The position numbers and the translations under genes were made by a program. A stretch of 64,000 nt of DNA from Trichoplax adhaerens. Taxonomy: Eukaryota > Animalia > Placozoa. The DNA lies in contig NW_002060949.1 of the NCBI RefSeq assembly GCF_000150275.1, positions 2,973,836 to 3,037,835 on the forward strand. The letters are read 5' to 3'. The notes below the pieces were generated by a model that was not told the origin of the DNA, made no database searches, and worked only from the letters and a program-made list of their open reading frames with translations. Below are positions 1 to 12,904 of the stretch, piece by piece. Position 1 is the stretch's first letter; every line of letters starts with the position of its first letter.

Positions 1-3000
1 GGATGACCAGTTCTTCAGCTCGAGTGTTTCATTTTCAACTGCCTGAGTTGCACATTGCAATCGATTGTTATATACTAACGAATTGGATAGAGCCATAATA
101 TCCCTATAATTAGAAAAAATTACAAGAGTATATATAAGGCACTACAGTCACATATAGAAAATTTTTATAGGAATATAACTACCAACCTATGCATACGATA
201 TTGTAATCGTAATTCAGCAACGGATTCATTAGTAGCCTGGCAAAGTCGTTGAAATAGGCTGACGTTCATCCCACCATCCCTAGATTTAAACATAATGGAA
301 TATAGCATTCTACTTTTGGGCAAATTTTTACAAAATTTCGTCTATTCTTCACCTAGCATCCAGACTTTGTACTAATGGGGGCAATTGATGATGATCACCA
401 ACTAATACAAAAATATCGGCGAATCTTAAGGGACCGATACAAACAGGTTGCGTAACTTGTGAAGCTTCATCAAGGATACAATAATCGAAGCGTCTCTGAG
501 AGAATATTGCGTGATTGATTCCTAAACAAGTCGTAGCAACTACGGCCTTGCATTAACAATATGTGACAGTATTGTTTGTTATATATTCGGATATTGTGAA
601 ATTAACAGCCTACAGTACATACTCAGCAAAATATTGAAACATTGATTTTTAAATTCAATTATACCATATGGGATAGTTTAACCGGCTTACCTTCGAAGAG
701 TAGAAATCGCCAAGTTCCTTTGTATTCCTACATTGTTGAGAACAATTTTGGGCACAGAAAGGCAGGACATTTGGATGTATACTTTGAGGACGGCCAAGGC
801 GAATAAAGTCGACACCAAACTACAACATTAAAAAATAGCTGTCAATGATATCGGAACAGTCCTTACTAAATTGTTTTGCAAAGGTAAACTTAATTGCAAA
901 TAGTTTGCGTGCATTACATACTTTAGCGAGCTTTAGTAAGACATTGTCGACGGCGGTATGAGTGTAGGCAGTTAGCAAGACAGATTTTCCCATAGTACTT
1001 AAAATCCAAATGAGATGAGCAATTGTTGTCGTTTTACCTACGTTGGTGATGGTGAAATTCATATTTCAGCGATACATCAACGTTCACTACAATCATAAAT
1101 TATGCTCTAATAAATCAGTTACTGATACCGGTTCCTGGCATCCCAAGAATAAGTGAGTAGTCGCGAGCTCGTAGACTCTACGCATAGAAAATAGTTATTC
1201 GTTAATTTAATTTAGCTAGTAATAAATCTATTGATTTAGTAATGAAATGTTATTTGAAACAAATTCTAATCCGATAATTAAAACTTGCCTTATAAATGGC
1301 ACACTTTTGGTCATTGTTTAGATTACACATTTGTTCTTTCAATGTATCATCGTCTAAAATTAAATTATATTCGTAGGTCAATAGCTACTACATTCTATGC
1401 TAAATGATATAATTTAGCGATATGGAGATATGGGACAGAATAAACCTTCTAAAGCTTCTAAATTATCGAATGTCGGTGGATCCAAGTTGACAATCAGGCG
1501 ACGTAGTTTCGAATCGCTTGTTTTATTAATAATAAACAAACATAATTATCTTTAGTACATATGTCGATTTTTGTTACCTTTATAAACATTAAATTTTTTT
1601 TACCTTTCACTAACTGAGCAGAATTCAGATAAATTAGCCCAAAGCTGCGACGTAGTATTCCAATCAGCACCTGTATCAATCCTATACAAAATCTTCTGGG
1701 ACCGCATTTTTAACGTATAGCATATACTCACATTAGTGATAACATCCTAATCCTCTGTTTCGACAATTATGCAATATTTATAAATTTGATTTATACGTTT
1801 ATAGGTCATCACCTTTTGAAATTGTTGCTGATTTCCAACGTTTTTTTCGTACAATACAAAGTCCCTAATTTTAATAAGTTTCTCGTTACGATAAATCGAG
1901 ATACTAGACACATATGATTGATAGATAATATACGCATGATAGAACTTATATTACCTGTCTGTAATAACACTAATAGAAGAGCTACCGATTTCAGTAACGG
2001 TTCCAGTAGCAATGTTAACAGCACTGCCATCGTCTCTACTTATAATGACTCGTTCACTAACAGTAATGGCTAATTTTGAATTGTCGATAGGGCTGTTAAG
2101 AATATACAAGCATGCTATTACTATAGAACAACTTACTGATTAGATTTATAATCATAAAGTGTCCTGAATTAAGAACAAGAGCATACCATTCTGATCTTTC
2201 AAAACTGATGCTCCATAAATGTCCATATTCGTTATTACTTAGATTGCTACAATTCATTAGTTTCAGATTCGCGATGCAGAAACCCTCTTTTTCCCTAATC
2301 ATCGATTACAAGGGTAGTATTAGAAGGTTAGATCGTTAACAGATAGCTAAATATCCTCTATCTATAATCAAGTTTTGTTCTCGCACTGAACCTTTGTGTA
2401 CTACGAGTAGTCCATACATCCGCTTGACAAGATTTATTCAGGCTATCGGCATATTCTAAAGCTATTAAATTAAACCATTTGGAGAAATATTCTAAATCGA
2501 GTTCAGAAAGATGTTGCAGCTGGTTGTCATAAAGCTCTTGTAACGACTCTGAACTAAGATTGGTTTTTTCATACGATCTACAATAGATTAGTACAATAGT
2601 CGAATTAATACAGCTGAATAATAACGCAGTAAATGGTCTGCATATTTAAGAGCGATTATACCTGTGATACAGAGTACATTCTTTCAATCGCGAGCATCTT
2701 TTACAGGCATGGTAATCATTGATAACTTCTGGCAAACTCGGCTTCTTATTTGAATCCAATAGATGAGTGTAGTAGTTTGCCAACTGATTTCTCATCATTA
2801 TCAGTGCTGTACACATAGTATATCGAATTAAAACACAATATCAACCAGTTTACGAAGGATAAAATTTGTTGCTGATTAATACTAGTGGGATAACATATCG
2901 CTAAAGAGCAGATAACCTCGCTTTTCTCTAGGTTTTGCTGGTACGCCAACTGTATCTCCAGATTTGGAGTAATAAAGAAGACCATAAGGGATGACGCGAG

Positions 3001-6000
3001 ATAGACGATCAGACAGCATAAGCGAATAAATAATTACCTAATATGAGAGTGAAACATGATCCGAAATCTAAACCTTCTGCATAATAATGCTTGCAAGTAT
3101 TTCTGTTTATAACGATATTAAGTTTTCATTACACAAAGCGTAAGAAGTCTATAATATTTTGCTGTAGTACGAACCCTTGAAAAAAATTTTAATCTCGCAT
3201 TGAACATTATACCCAATATGCCTCGCGAACTTGATTTTACTAGCTAACTGATATTTTACTACAACCGCTGATCTTATATCATTTGAAATTATTAACATGT
3301 ACGACTATAACATTCTTTTACACTGTGTCTAAATATTTTATTGCAAATTCCTTTTAAAAATTTCCATGCCAAATATTAATAGTATTACAGGTGATATTTC
3401 CCTCAGCATATTCAAGTTTGATCCAAAGCTCTTTAACCTTGCAAATATGCACGTGCTAGAAGCTAACGGTACATCTTTCCGTAACTACGTTATCCAAGAT
3501 AACTTATAAAGCTAAGATCTAACAAGAGAGTTTCGAGCTTCAAATTTTATTGCTTTTTTGCAAGCTAATTCGGTTCTGTACTACAGTATAACTAAGAATG
3601 ATGAATTACAGTTTGCTTCGTATGCGCGTAGAAGGTAGAACGCTATTTAATCGTCTACGTTCATGTTAAAAATAGAAATAGTCTTCTTAAAATTTTAAAA
3701 CTATTATCCTGATATCAAGTAATTTAATATACTACGTCTTTTAGCTAAAATCCTAGTAAACTAGACCAGACATTAGGCAATACCTATCATATCTAATTAT
3801 AAAATATCGTCAACTAGGACTCAATGGAGTAATACATAAAGTTCTAAATATTTAAATCTTGCCTGTGCTCTATGGCTAAGGGATCCAGCTGAAGACCACA
3901 TTTTGCCTGTCTTTAACTCGAGTGGTATGGTATGGGATTCCTAATAAACAGATTCCGAATAAAATGAATTTCAGAATTAGGAAATTATTATATAGCTGCA
4001 TACAAACTTGTAGGGTGTCTCTAGTTTCAATTCCTTTCTCCCTTTTGTGAATCTAGATTAAAAATGATTGCTAATTTAACACTTATCCGTTCTTTGATAT
4101 GATGCCTCAAATAGAGTTAAGATTTTAAACTAGAATATATAGCAAATATAGCAAAAAGTCAAACAATACTTACTTTGACCTCTACTGTAGCATCTATCTT
4201 GCCTTTCAGACCATATCTAATATTCACAGTAGCAAGCAATGAAAGAGAAACAGTATATTACTTCAATGTTACTACAGCAGACTATTATATGCATTGTGGA
4301 GTTACATTGTTTAGAGACGAATCTCTTTACCTTGGAGACCAAATATTTTCTTCAATGTCATATAACTGACTTATACAGACGCTCGTATCTTGCTCACTAC
4401 AACGACAATGGGTACATAGTTTGCCATCAATTATAATTATGGAATGTAATGAAAATTGATATCCAACCAGATATATTACCAAGATACTGCACTTAGAATA
4501 ATAATTATGTGGTCAAATGTGCCAATACCTTTGAAAGTCTGTTCTTCCTAGTTCATGATGAGGAACATCACGAACATATCTTGACGCCCATTGCTCAATA
4601 CTAGAAATCTGTTCTTGCATTATTTCCGAGACTGACTGTTCATTACAACCTAGTCTATACCTAAACATTTTGCATTGAAAAAATTAATCATCTGAATATG
4701 CATCATGAAATAGATGAAACAATAAAATGTTATCATAATTACATATCACGCAAGTATTTTGGTTGTACAAGGATCACATCGATATATTTCTGTAATGACG
4801 GTCTTGAAAAGGATCTATTTCGCATGGCCTGACACACCAGAGAGTAAATTGATGCATAAGAGACGTATATAAATTTATAGCTAAGTGATCCAAGATCAAA
4901 CAGCGTATTGCTGCAATAAGATATCAATATTACAGTACCATTTCAAATAAGTCATGCAGCATGGTACCGAATAGCATAACTTCACTCCGCTTGTCTACTC
5001 CCTAATAAAACAATGGTTTAGAATATTATATCTTTTACGACTATAAGTTCAGCGTATTAGCATAGAGATATTCACATCTTGCGTTATTTAGAGTAACAAA
5101 ATATGAAAAACAGATCCTCATAATTAATAATACTGTTCAACTTGATCTGCTTCTATATGGCCCACCTTAAAAAGCTCGTCCAATACCGCCCTAGTATAAA
5201 ATTCGTATGCCATAATTGTAATTAGTATTCTCATTATACTGTAGATATAGGAACGTCATCATTTTTGACTTACCTCCTTAAGCATTTCGTAGCAGTAGAA
5301 ATTGATGTACCAGAAACTAAGCAATCGCTATCTGTTATAATTAAATTTTTGTTCTCATTATCCAAAATGCATTTTCCTTCATGGTTAAATTTCCCCATTA
5401 AATTGACGCGCTGGTCAGAATAGACTTGAGATGCTTCCCTGCATTAATAAATCGAATGCAAGAAATAGACTATAGCAAATACAATTCTTATGGGTATGCT
5501 ACTGCCAGTAAGAACACCCTATTTGATAATTATTTTAATAGATTAATTATCAGCCGCTTACCAATCATCCCTTAATATACAGTGGCACATAGAGTTATCC
5601 GCCTGATTGGTTACTTCAACGACTTTCTCCGTATTAGATCTTACAGTAGATTTGTAAGCTAAAATTAGTACATTCATCGAAATTTTAAACAAGCATGTAA
5701 ACCGTACCGTGATAGCTAAATTTAAGCACATACAAAAGGTATTCACTTGAAGTAAACTTATAATAAATATAATTGATAATTCTTACAAAATCTAAGGTAA
5801 TGCAGATCATAGATCTTGATCGTGTGAAGAATTATTTACTGATTAGGTCTATCACATAATAAAATTACCTAATACTCTAATTGACAAACTATAATCTCAA
5901 TTCTAATAGACATTGTCATTGACTAAATCAAATCCTGTCCTGCTCATAATCTAATATACGATAGACGCGATTTACTCTGTCAATAGCCGGTAGCTCTTGT

Positions 6001-7986
6001 GCAACAAATAAAATTCAATTTATGTACTATAGTAGTTTAGGAGTAGTAAAGATTTACAGTCCTTAAGTTACCCCCAAATTCCATTTCTTTTAGTTGAGCT
6101 ATTAGGGCGTACATGGACAGATTTGACCAGTAACGAATAGAACTCGAGCTCATGATCAAGGTCATTTTTTTTAGGACTAAGGTAGCCATGGCGAAATGGA
6201 CTACAAATAACATCAAATATATAATTTATGTTATTAGTGGATATGGAGCATACTGCCGCATAATTGTAATATGAGAAATTAGCCAGGTTTGGGTATTCAT
6301 AATTATTCGTTTTACCTTTGGTTTACTCTGGAAGGACGTAGATAACGATCCGTAACCGGAGTTAACTTGATCTTTCGTAATAAAATATCTACAGCATCTT
6401 CATCGGCTTTTGCAGTATCTAATGATTGAGATTTTTCTGCATCTTTTTCCTTAGTATCATATTTATCGTTCAAACAAGTGATGCTATTACTTTCTGCGAT
6501 ATCTTTAGCATTACTTTCATCTACTTTTACTTTTTTAGTAACGCTACCATACATCTCTAACAATGCGCTTTCGTTGTATTGCATATCATCACGGGTATTA
6601 TCGGTGCAAATGTTAGGTGATTTACTCATGGTGCCGAATCTCTCCATTAAATTTCTCTTTATTTTTAGCTATTAAAAAGTTATATGATCGAATAAGTAAA
6701 CATCAGCTTTGGTGCATCTATAAATTTCAATCATAATTGTGATAATATATCTTCTTATTAGAGGATTTTACCTTATCAGTGCGAGGCTTAGGGGGCATTA
6801 CGTTTTCCAAATTATCACATTCTGTCATCACTACTTCATGTAGAGGGGGGTTCTGTTTTACCTCTACTACTGAATTATTACGCCCATTTTCCACTTGTAC
6901 TAATGATAACGATACTTCTGGAGGTACTACTTTTGTAAGTGCACCTATACACGTACATTGTTTGCTAGTGGCATCAGGTAAACCATTTGATAGCTCTTCA
7001 TTAAGATTTAAATTTTCATGTTCTATAAAAAAGTAATAACCGAATTTCAAAGTTGGGCATTACAATTAATAAATCATACTAGATTTGGGTAGGAATATGC
7101 CTGTAAAGGTTTGCTTCATATGGGTAAATCATTTATGCTTTACAGTAGCTTACCAAGATTCTTTTTCGATTGTTTGACTGTTTCAATTTTATCGATATGA
7201 TTGGCATTTCCTGAAGATAGATCCTGTTTTGTTTTTGATGATCGATCAGGTTCATTTTCTCCCCCTGTTACACTAGTTTTGTATTGTTGCAAAATAGCGT
7301 AAATACTGGTACATTAATCCATGCTATCATCTTAAAGTTGAATCAAGCAGATTGCAAAAGTAATGGCGCCCAATACAATGATGTGATGATAAAACATCTA
7401 TTGTATTTGATAGCAGATGCTATTGTTTAATTTAAAAGAAAGCAATCAGGCCTACACTAGCCTTACCTTGAGATTTTATCAGGAATCTGTACTGGTTGAG
7501 ATGTCTTTTGAACAGTGCCAAGCTATGAAAATGATAATCATGATATTATAATCTATATGTGTGTATGCATGCAGTGTATTATTGATTAAATCTACAAATT
7601 TTGAGGATAGATAGTTAGATGCAACACAACTATAAATCAATAAACATGATGTAAGTATCAGTTAATAACTAAAATTACAAGTATAACATCATAACGTTGA
7701 AATGACTTCTAATCAAGCCAAGTTCTTCATCAGAATCAGATTTGTAATACTTACAATGATGACACTATCATCATCGACTTTATCAGCATCCTTAGATTTA
7801 TTAGCTTCCTTGGAAAAGAATCTGTGGAGGGTTGATTGACCAGCAATTTGATACTTTACCTGAAGGAATTAATAGATATTCTGTTTTTTAAAGGTGTGAT
7901 CGACCTGTATAGGATTCAGTTTGAATTGAAATGGAATGTACCGTTGATTTGGAATTGTTCCTCTTCAATTTCATGGATTTAGCCAT
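1..7986 (-). CDS. DNA2: DNA replication ATP-dependent helicase/nuclease DNA2 (multi-exon, 3' end runs off the window)
   Basis: Hand-spliced exons give [16 protein letters not shown]|[24 protein letters not shown]|[21 protein letters not shown]...HRAQ|VIIYSLML, the Fe-S cysteines [10 protein letters not shown], Walker A LGMPGT|[40 protein letters not shown] and LQYRMH. Putative ATG at 7986 ([15 protein letters not shown]|gtacat). Confidence 0.95.
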
Positions 7987-8400
7987 TTAATTTATCGACT
8001 ATCTCCGCCTTTCCCGCTATTATCGAAAAGTCAACAAAAACTAATTCTGATCTTAAAATTTAGCGCGAGTAATGATCATCACGCTTGCGCTAATCGATTG
8101 CCACCTTATTTAAGCCCATTCTCTATCGTCAGTGATAGACTGCCAGTGCTCCATATAATCCTATGGTTGGATTTAGACTCCTACTTGGTCACCGATACAC
8201 TATTCTGTAATCCGAACCTTTCTCAGGTCTAGTCATAGCGAACTGTTGCTGAAACTTAATTTATGTATGATAGCAGGCAGACCTTTTAGGCCGGCAGTTG
8301 CAGCAGCTCTCATCACTATTGACTTCAAGTTAGCGAATTAAAGTCATGATAAATGGCTGATGAAAGGAAAGATTTTATAGCAGATGCATGATATTAATTA
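7987..8400. promoter_or_regulatory. Bidirectional promoter region DNA2/LRRC41 with E2F-like sites
   Basis: About 420 bp between divergent start codons; TTTCCCGC at 8010-8017 and TTTAGCGCG near 8059-8067; locally CpG-richer than the flanks. Confidence 0.55.
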
Positions 8401-8406
8401 ATGTTA

Positions 8407-11400
8407 ATGGCGGTGCTAAGCTTGACAAAATTATGTTGCATATCCGTAGCTAAGCATTTCCGGAATTACCCGATAGATGGATTAGAAAGTAAGTGTCGAA
8501 TGCAATATGTAAACAAAGTAAAGGAGCTTTACAAAGTTCGCAAGATAGCAAAAAGAGTTGCTACCATTTACTGTAGTTCGATTCCAAGCATTTCTTAGTA
8601 TCAACTATGAGGCTAATCAAAATTTTAGTACTTTGCCTTAGCTGAAAAATAGCTTAAAATCTTGCTCCGATGCAATCTTCATAACATACGTGTATATCTC
8701 TACCATATCCGCTGTAAGCAGTAGTTTTTGTAGTAGCTTAAGTAAAATATGCAGGCGTGCAAATTAAACGGCGACCTCATACATTAATGTAAGTTATCTA
8801 TCAAATGGTATTGTACTTAGCTTGTATCCATAGAATATCTTGTACAGGATTACATACAGAATACTAAAAATCAGTGAGAGTAGCTTTAAAGGTTATAACA
8901 TTCGTATATTGAATTGCTGCTAACAAATGACGCTTTGGTTTTATTTCTTGCTATGTTACGAATTAGGGTTACCAACTGTCATTCTAAGTTGTTTACTGAA
9001 TTATCTTGCTCCAATCGATATACTTCAAATTAAATCATGCCTGGATGAAGCAGGTAAGCAAGGCATGTTGGTATAAAACGTATTGGATTTATGGATACCT
9101 TTAGGGTTAAATAGTCTTCTTGTTAACTCTAAGTGCAAATACGTGTACAATGTACAATGTACATATATGCCTGTGTAGTACTGTATACTACTTGCCAATA
9201 GTCTCGTAGTTGTATAGTTTTGCTTGGTTGCAACAAATTTGATTATTTTTAACGCTATCTTAATGGTCTCGACAATAATAATTCTGTAGGTATTAATAGC
9301 GATCAACATTGGCATAGATTGTATGCAGATCGTTGGCCTCATGGAGCGAAAAGGCAGTATCAGCAATTAATTTATCTTTCAGCTATCGATCCAACATTTC
9401 AAGTATCCTGGCAACAGTTGTATATGCAAAAACATTTACAAGACATTATTAACATGATGAATTTACCTAATTTAACTGGTAAGGATTGATAAGTAGATTT
9501 ATTTATCACTGTAACTATATTCAGTATATAATGCATGATGTCTGCGATTGTTCGAAAGGAATTGAGATATCATTGATATTAATTTAATAAATCAAGATTC
9601 TAATAAGAGAATTGAGAAATACTGATACTATAAAATTAAAACACGTAGTTACTTACTCATATTTATACTATGTATGACTAACTATTCTCTAAGCACAAAA
9701 TTGAATTAAAATTTTCTCCCTTTGTTTTGTGCCTAATTGCAATATACTAACTATAGAAACAAATATTAATCCACTACTTTATGGCAATGGTACATCTCCA
9801 GATTTTATATTTCAGCTGAATCGTGACCAAACTACGAATACTCCTACAGCAAAGGAGCAGATAATGGAAATTATCTCCCTTTGTTTACCTTATATCTATC
9901 GACTTCACTTACATAACTGCTCATGTCGAGAACTTGCAAAAGCAATTTTTAGCAATAGAGATATTCCTTATGCACTATTGAATAGCATTCGACATTTGGA
10001 ATTTCATAATTTAAGGGACAATTGCATTGATTTTGCATGCGAAATTATATCCAATAGTACACAATTGAATGAAGTCGTGATGCGTTATGCTAAGATCAAT
10101 ACCCCAAAGGCATTCGGTCAGATATTACGTTCCATATCCAATAACAAATTTGATAGAAGATTGACTATAGATAAGTCTTGTCCAGACAACATTCGTGAAA
10201 TTGACAAAGTTGTACCTGCAAGTCAGGGTACGATAACAAGATGTGATAAAATACTACAAGATCGTCACATTCGTCAGAATATGTGCGGTATAGAAATTTT
10301 GTGTCTCTCGTCATATTGGATGGACGATGCTTTAGTTGAAGTCTTATGTGAGACCTTGACTACTTGGTATGACTTAAAATATCTTCAACTTATTGATAAC
10401 GGATTTGGTATCCTTTGTATTGATGGATTAAAGCGAATCATGAAAAGTTTATTAAAATCAAGGACAAAAAAACAGCTTTATGGTTTGCAAGTGGAACAAA
10501 ATTTTTTTGAAGAGGATGACGAAAATTATTTGGCTGAACTTATCAATACTAATAGGTAGTAAATAATTCATTTTATTTACCTGCTATGCTCAGTACTGTA
10601 TATGACAGTCCTACAATATCAACTTTATTCGATAATTAAACACCATTCTCTTTCTATGGTCTAGCCCAAACGCCTCTTTTAGAATACTTACTCTTAAAGA
10701 AGTGAATCTCACAATGCAGCAAATATCAGTGCTATTTCAATCGATCGATAAAAGTAATATTAGGAAGTTAGAGAAACTATCGATGACAGCAAATATCGAC
10801 GACAATATTGCTGCTAAATCACTTGGCAGCGTATTAATTCATTGTGATAACATGGAACTTTGTCACTTACCATATTGTGAACTAACAAGAACAAATTCGG
10901 AAATTATTTTAAAATCTCTGCGGGATCGTAAGTTACTAAGTAGGCATAAAATAAATTGTGTAATGATTCTAACAAAGACCACGGAGTTGTTGATTGTTTG
11001 ATGGATATACTGTAATAAAATTCATTTCTACAGCGATAATTTTCATGCACTGCATAGGTCGGAAAAACGGAAGTTTAACGTCTCTTAATATGGAAGGTAA
11101 CCTGCTTAATAGAACTGTGGATATTGAGCTCATTAATTCGATCGTTCGAACAAATAATCTCCGATATCTCAATTTATCTTCCTGTATCCAAACAGGTATA
11201 ATTTATTAGAATGTATCAAACTTACGTTATCAGCAATAAACAAGGATCCAATAATTTTTGCTCAAATTCTAAAAATTTATAATGTCAGATGCCATTTTTT
11301 ATTGCAGAGATTACAGATAATTTTATCAGATGTATTCGTGATTGTAAATCCCTGATATACCTTAATTTATCCCATAACAAGATAGGTTCGTAAGTGAGAA

Positions 11401-11865
11401 TTTATTGTGTTATACAATACTAACATCAAAAGTAACTTCTATGCTGCCTAATATTTTTAGGCGATGATGGAATTAATAAGATAGGTTCAATTTTTCATAA
11501 ACCTACTGTGGGTATGAGTTTGCGATCAATAGATTTAAGGTGCAGAAAACCTTCTATTGCAATTAACATAATTATACGATTTTTGCGTATCTGATTTAAA
11601 TGGGTAATGAATTAATCTATTACTAACGAATGATGAATTACATCATTACAGTGTCAATAACATAACAATAACTGGCCTATTAGCTCTAGCATCTCGGTTA
11701 GAGTCTTTGCTGCCATGGCATCTAAAGTGGATTAATATTAGTGGTAACTATTTCAATGGTCAGGTTGAAGACGTCACAAGTACATTTAATTTATTAACGT
11801 CCGTATTAGTCGCAGACGATATCAATCGCGTTAACATATTTGCTGACTATGTGGGTATGATGTAA
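8407..11865 (+). CDS. LRRC41: Leucine-rich repeat-containing protein 41 (MUF1-like; BC-box/cullin-box plus ribonuclease-inhibitor-type LRRs)
   Basis: Exon 1 MAVLSLTKLCCISVAKHF (BC-box SLxxxCxxxV). Exon 2 (~8966-9052) LPTVILSCLLNYL (cullin-box-like). Exon 3 (~9290-9478) WHRLYADRWP...SWQQLYMQKHL. LRR exons from ~9757 to 11865. C-terminus IFADYVGMM* resembles the human LRRC41 ending as I recall it (FADYVSTM). An alternative in-frame ATG is at 8401. Confidence 0.85.
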
Positions 11866-12904
11866 TACCAATGATTGTAGCGTATGAATAAATTATATGC
11901 GTACATTTTTGTTTGCATGTGAAATTATCTATAAATGAATCAATACTAGATTCCTAAAATTGTACATGCGTTGAATAGAAAATATACATTAATAACTCGG
12001 AAAAACCTCATATTGGGTTTACTGAATGTCTGATCATCATTTCGGGATCATTATTGGAATTTAACTTTCACATTAACAGATAAGTAAAGTGGCTCGCAAA
12101 CCTAAAACTGTTATTATTTTGTTGTTTGAATTCAATTTATAATTTGCAAATCATACTCCTGTCATACCTTTATACTCATTATTACACACTGGATATAGGT
12201 ATAATCGTACCTCGTCGAAATAAAAAGGCATACTTATTATGATGAATCCTTTTAATAAATTTTTAAAAGAGTGATCTATGGGTGTACATCCATAATGTTA
12301 TAAAACTGATTATGATAATCAATTACTTTACATTAGAGATCATACAGAGTCTGGAAAGCTATTGTATTTTCTTTTCGAACTATCTAAAATTCAAACATTA
12401 ATATATTTTCATCGTCTTACTGAAGAGAACTACTTAGAGCACAAATTATTAACAGTAAATACAATATTTCAATTAATTTCATACAATATAACACGCTTAG
12501 GTATACCAATAGGCTGATGTTAAGAGTTTGATTCCATCAAGACAAACTCTTGAAATCATTTTGTCGTACGTGAACATCAATTAATAGCTTGTAAGATTAC
12601 GATGTAGCAGCTATTTAGCTAGGAAAATACTGGATATTAATAGTTGTGGATTATTTTGAATACATATATTAAATACACGATAATCAAATGTATTAATAAG
12701 TATATAAAAGCGACCAATTTCAACGATATCCTCTTACAAGTAGAAATGTTTCTAAAAACAGCTAGCAAATTTTTCTTGGAAAGACGCTGTTTCATTACAT
12801 ATAGCAAGAATGTGCATGAATGGTAAAGATTTAGGAGCTATAGACCTCATTATTAATATTTAACTTAATTACATGAAGTGTTTATACGCGGATTTAAATG
12901 GATA

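Noticed and set aside
10408-10417. GTATCCTTT, a U12-type donor match
   Set aside because: It lies inside the continuous LRRC41 coding exon (FGILCID), and the downstream frame continues as LRR sequence.
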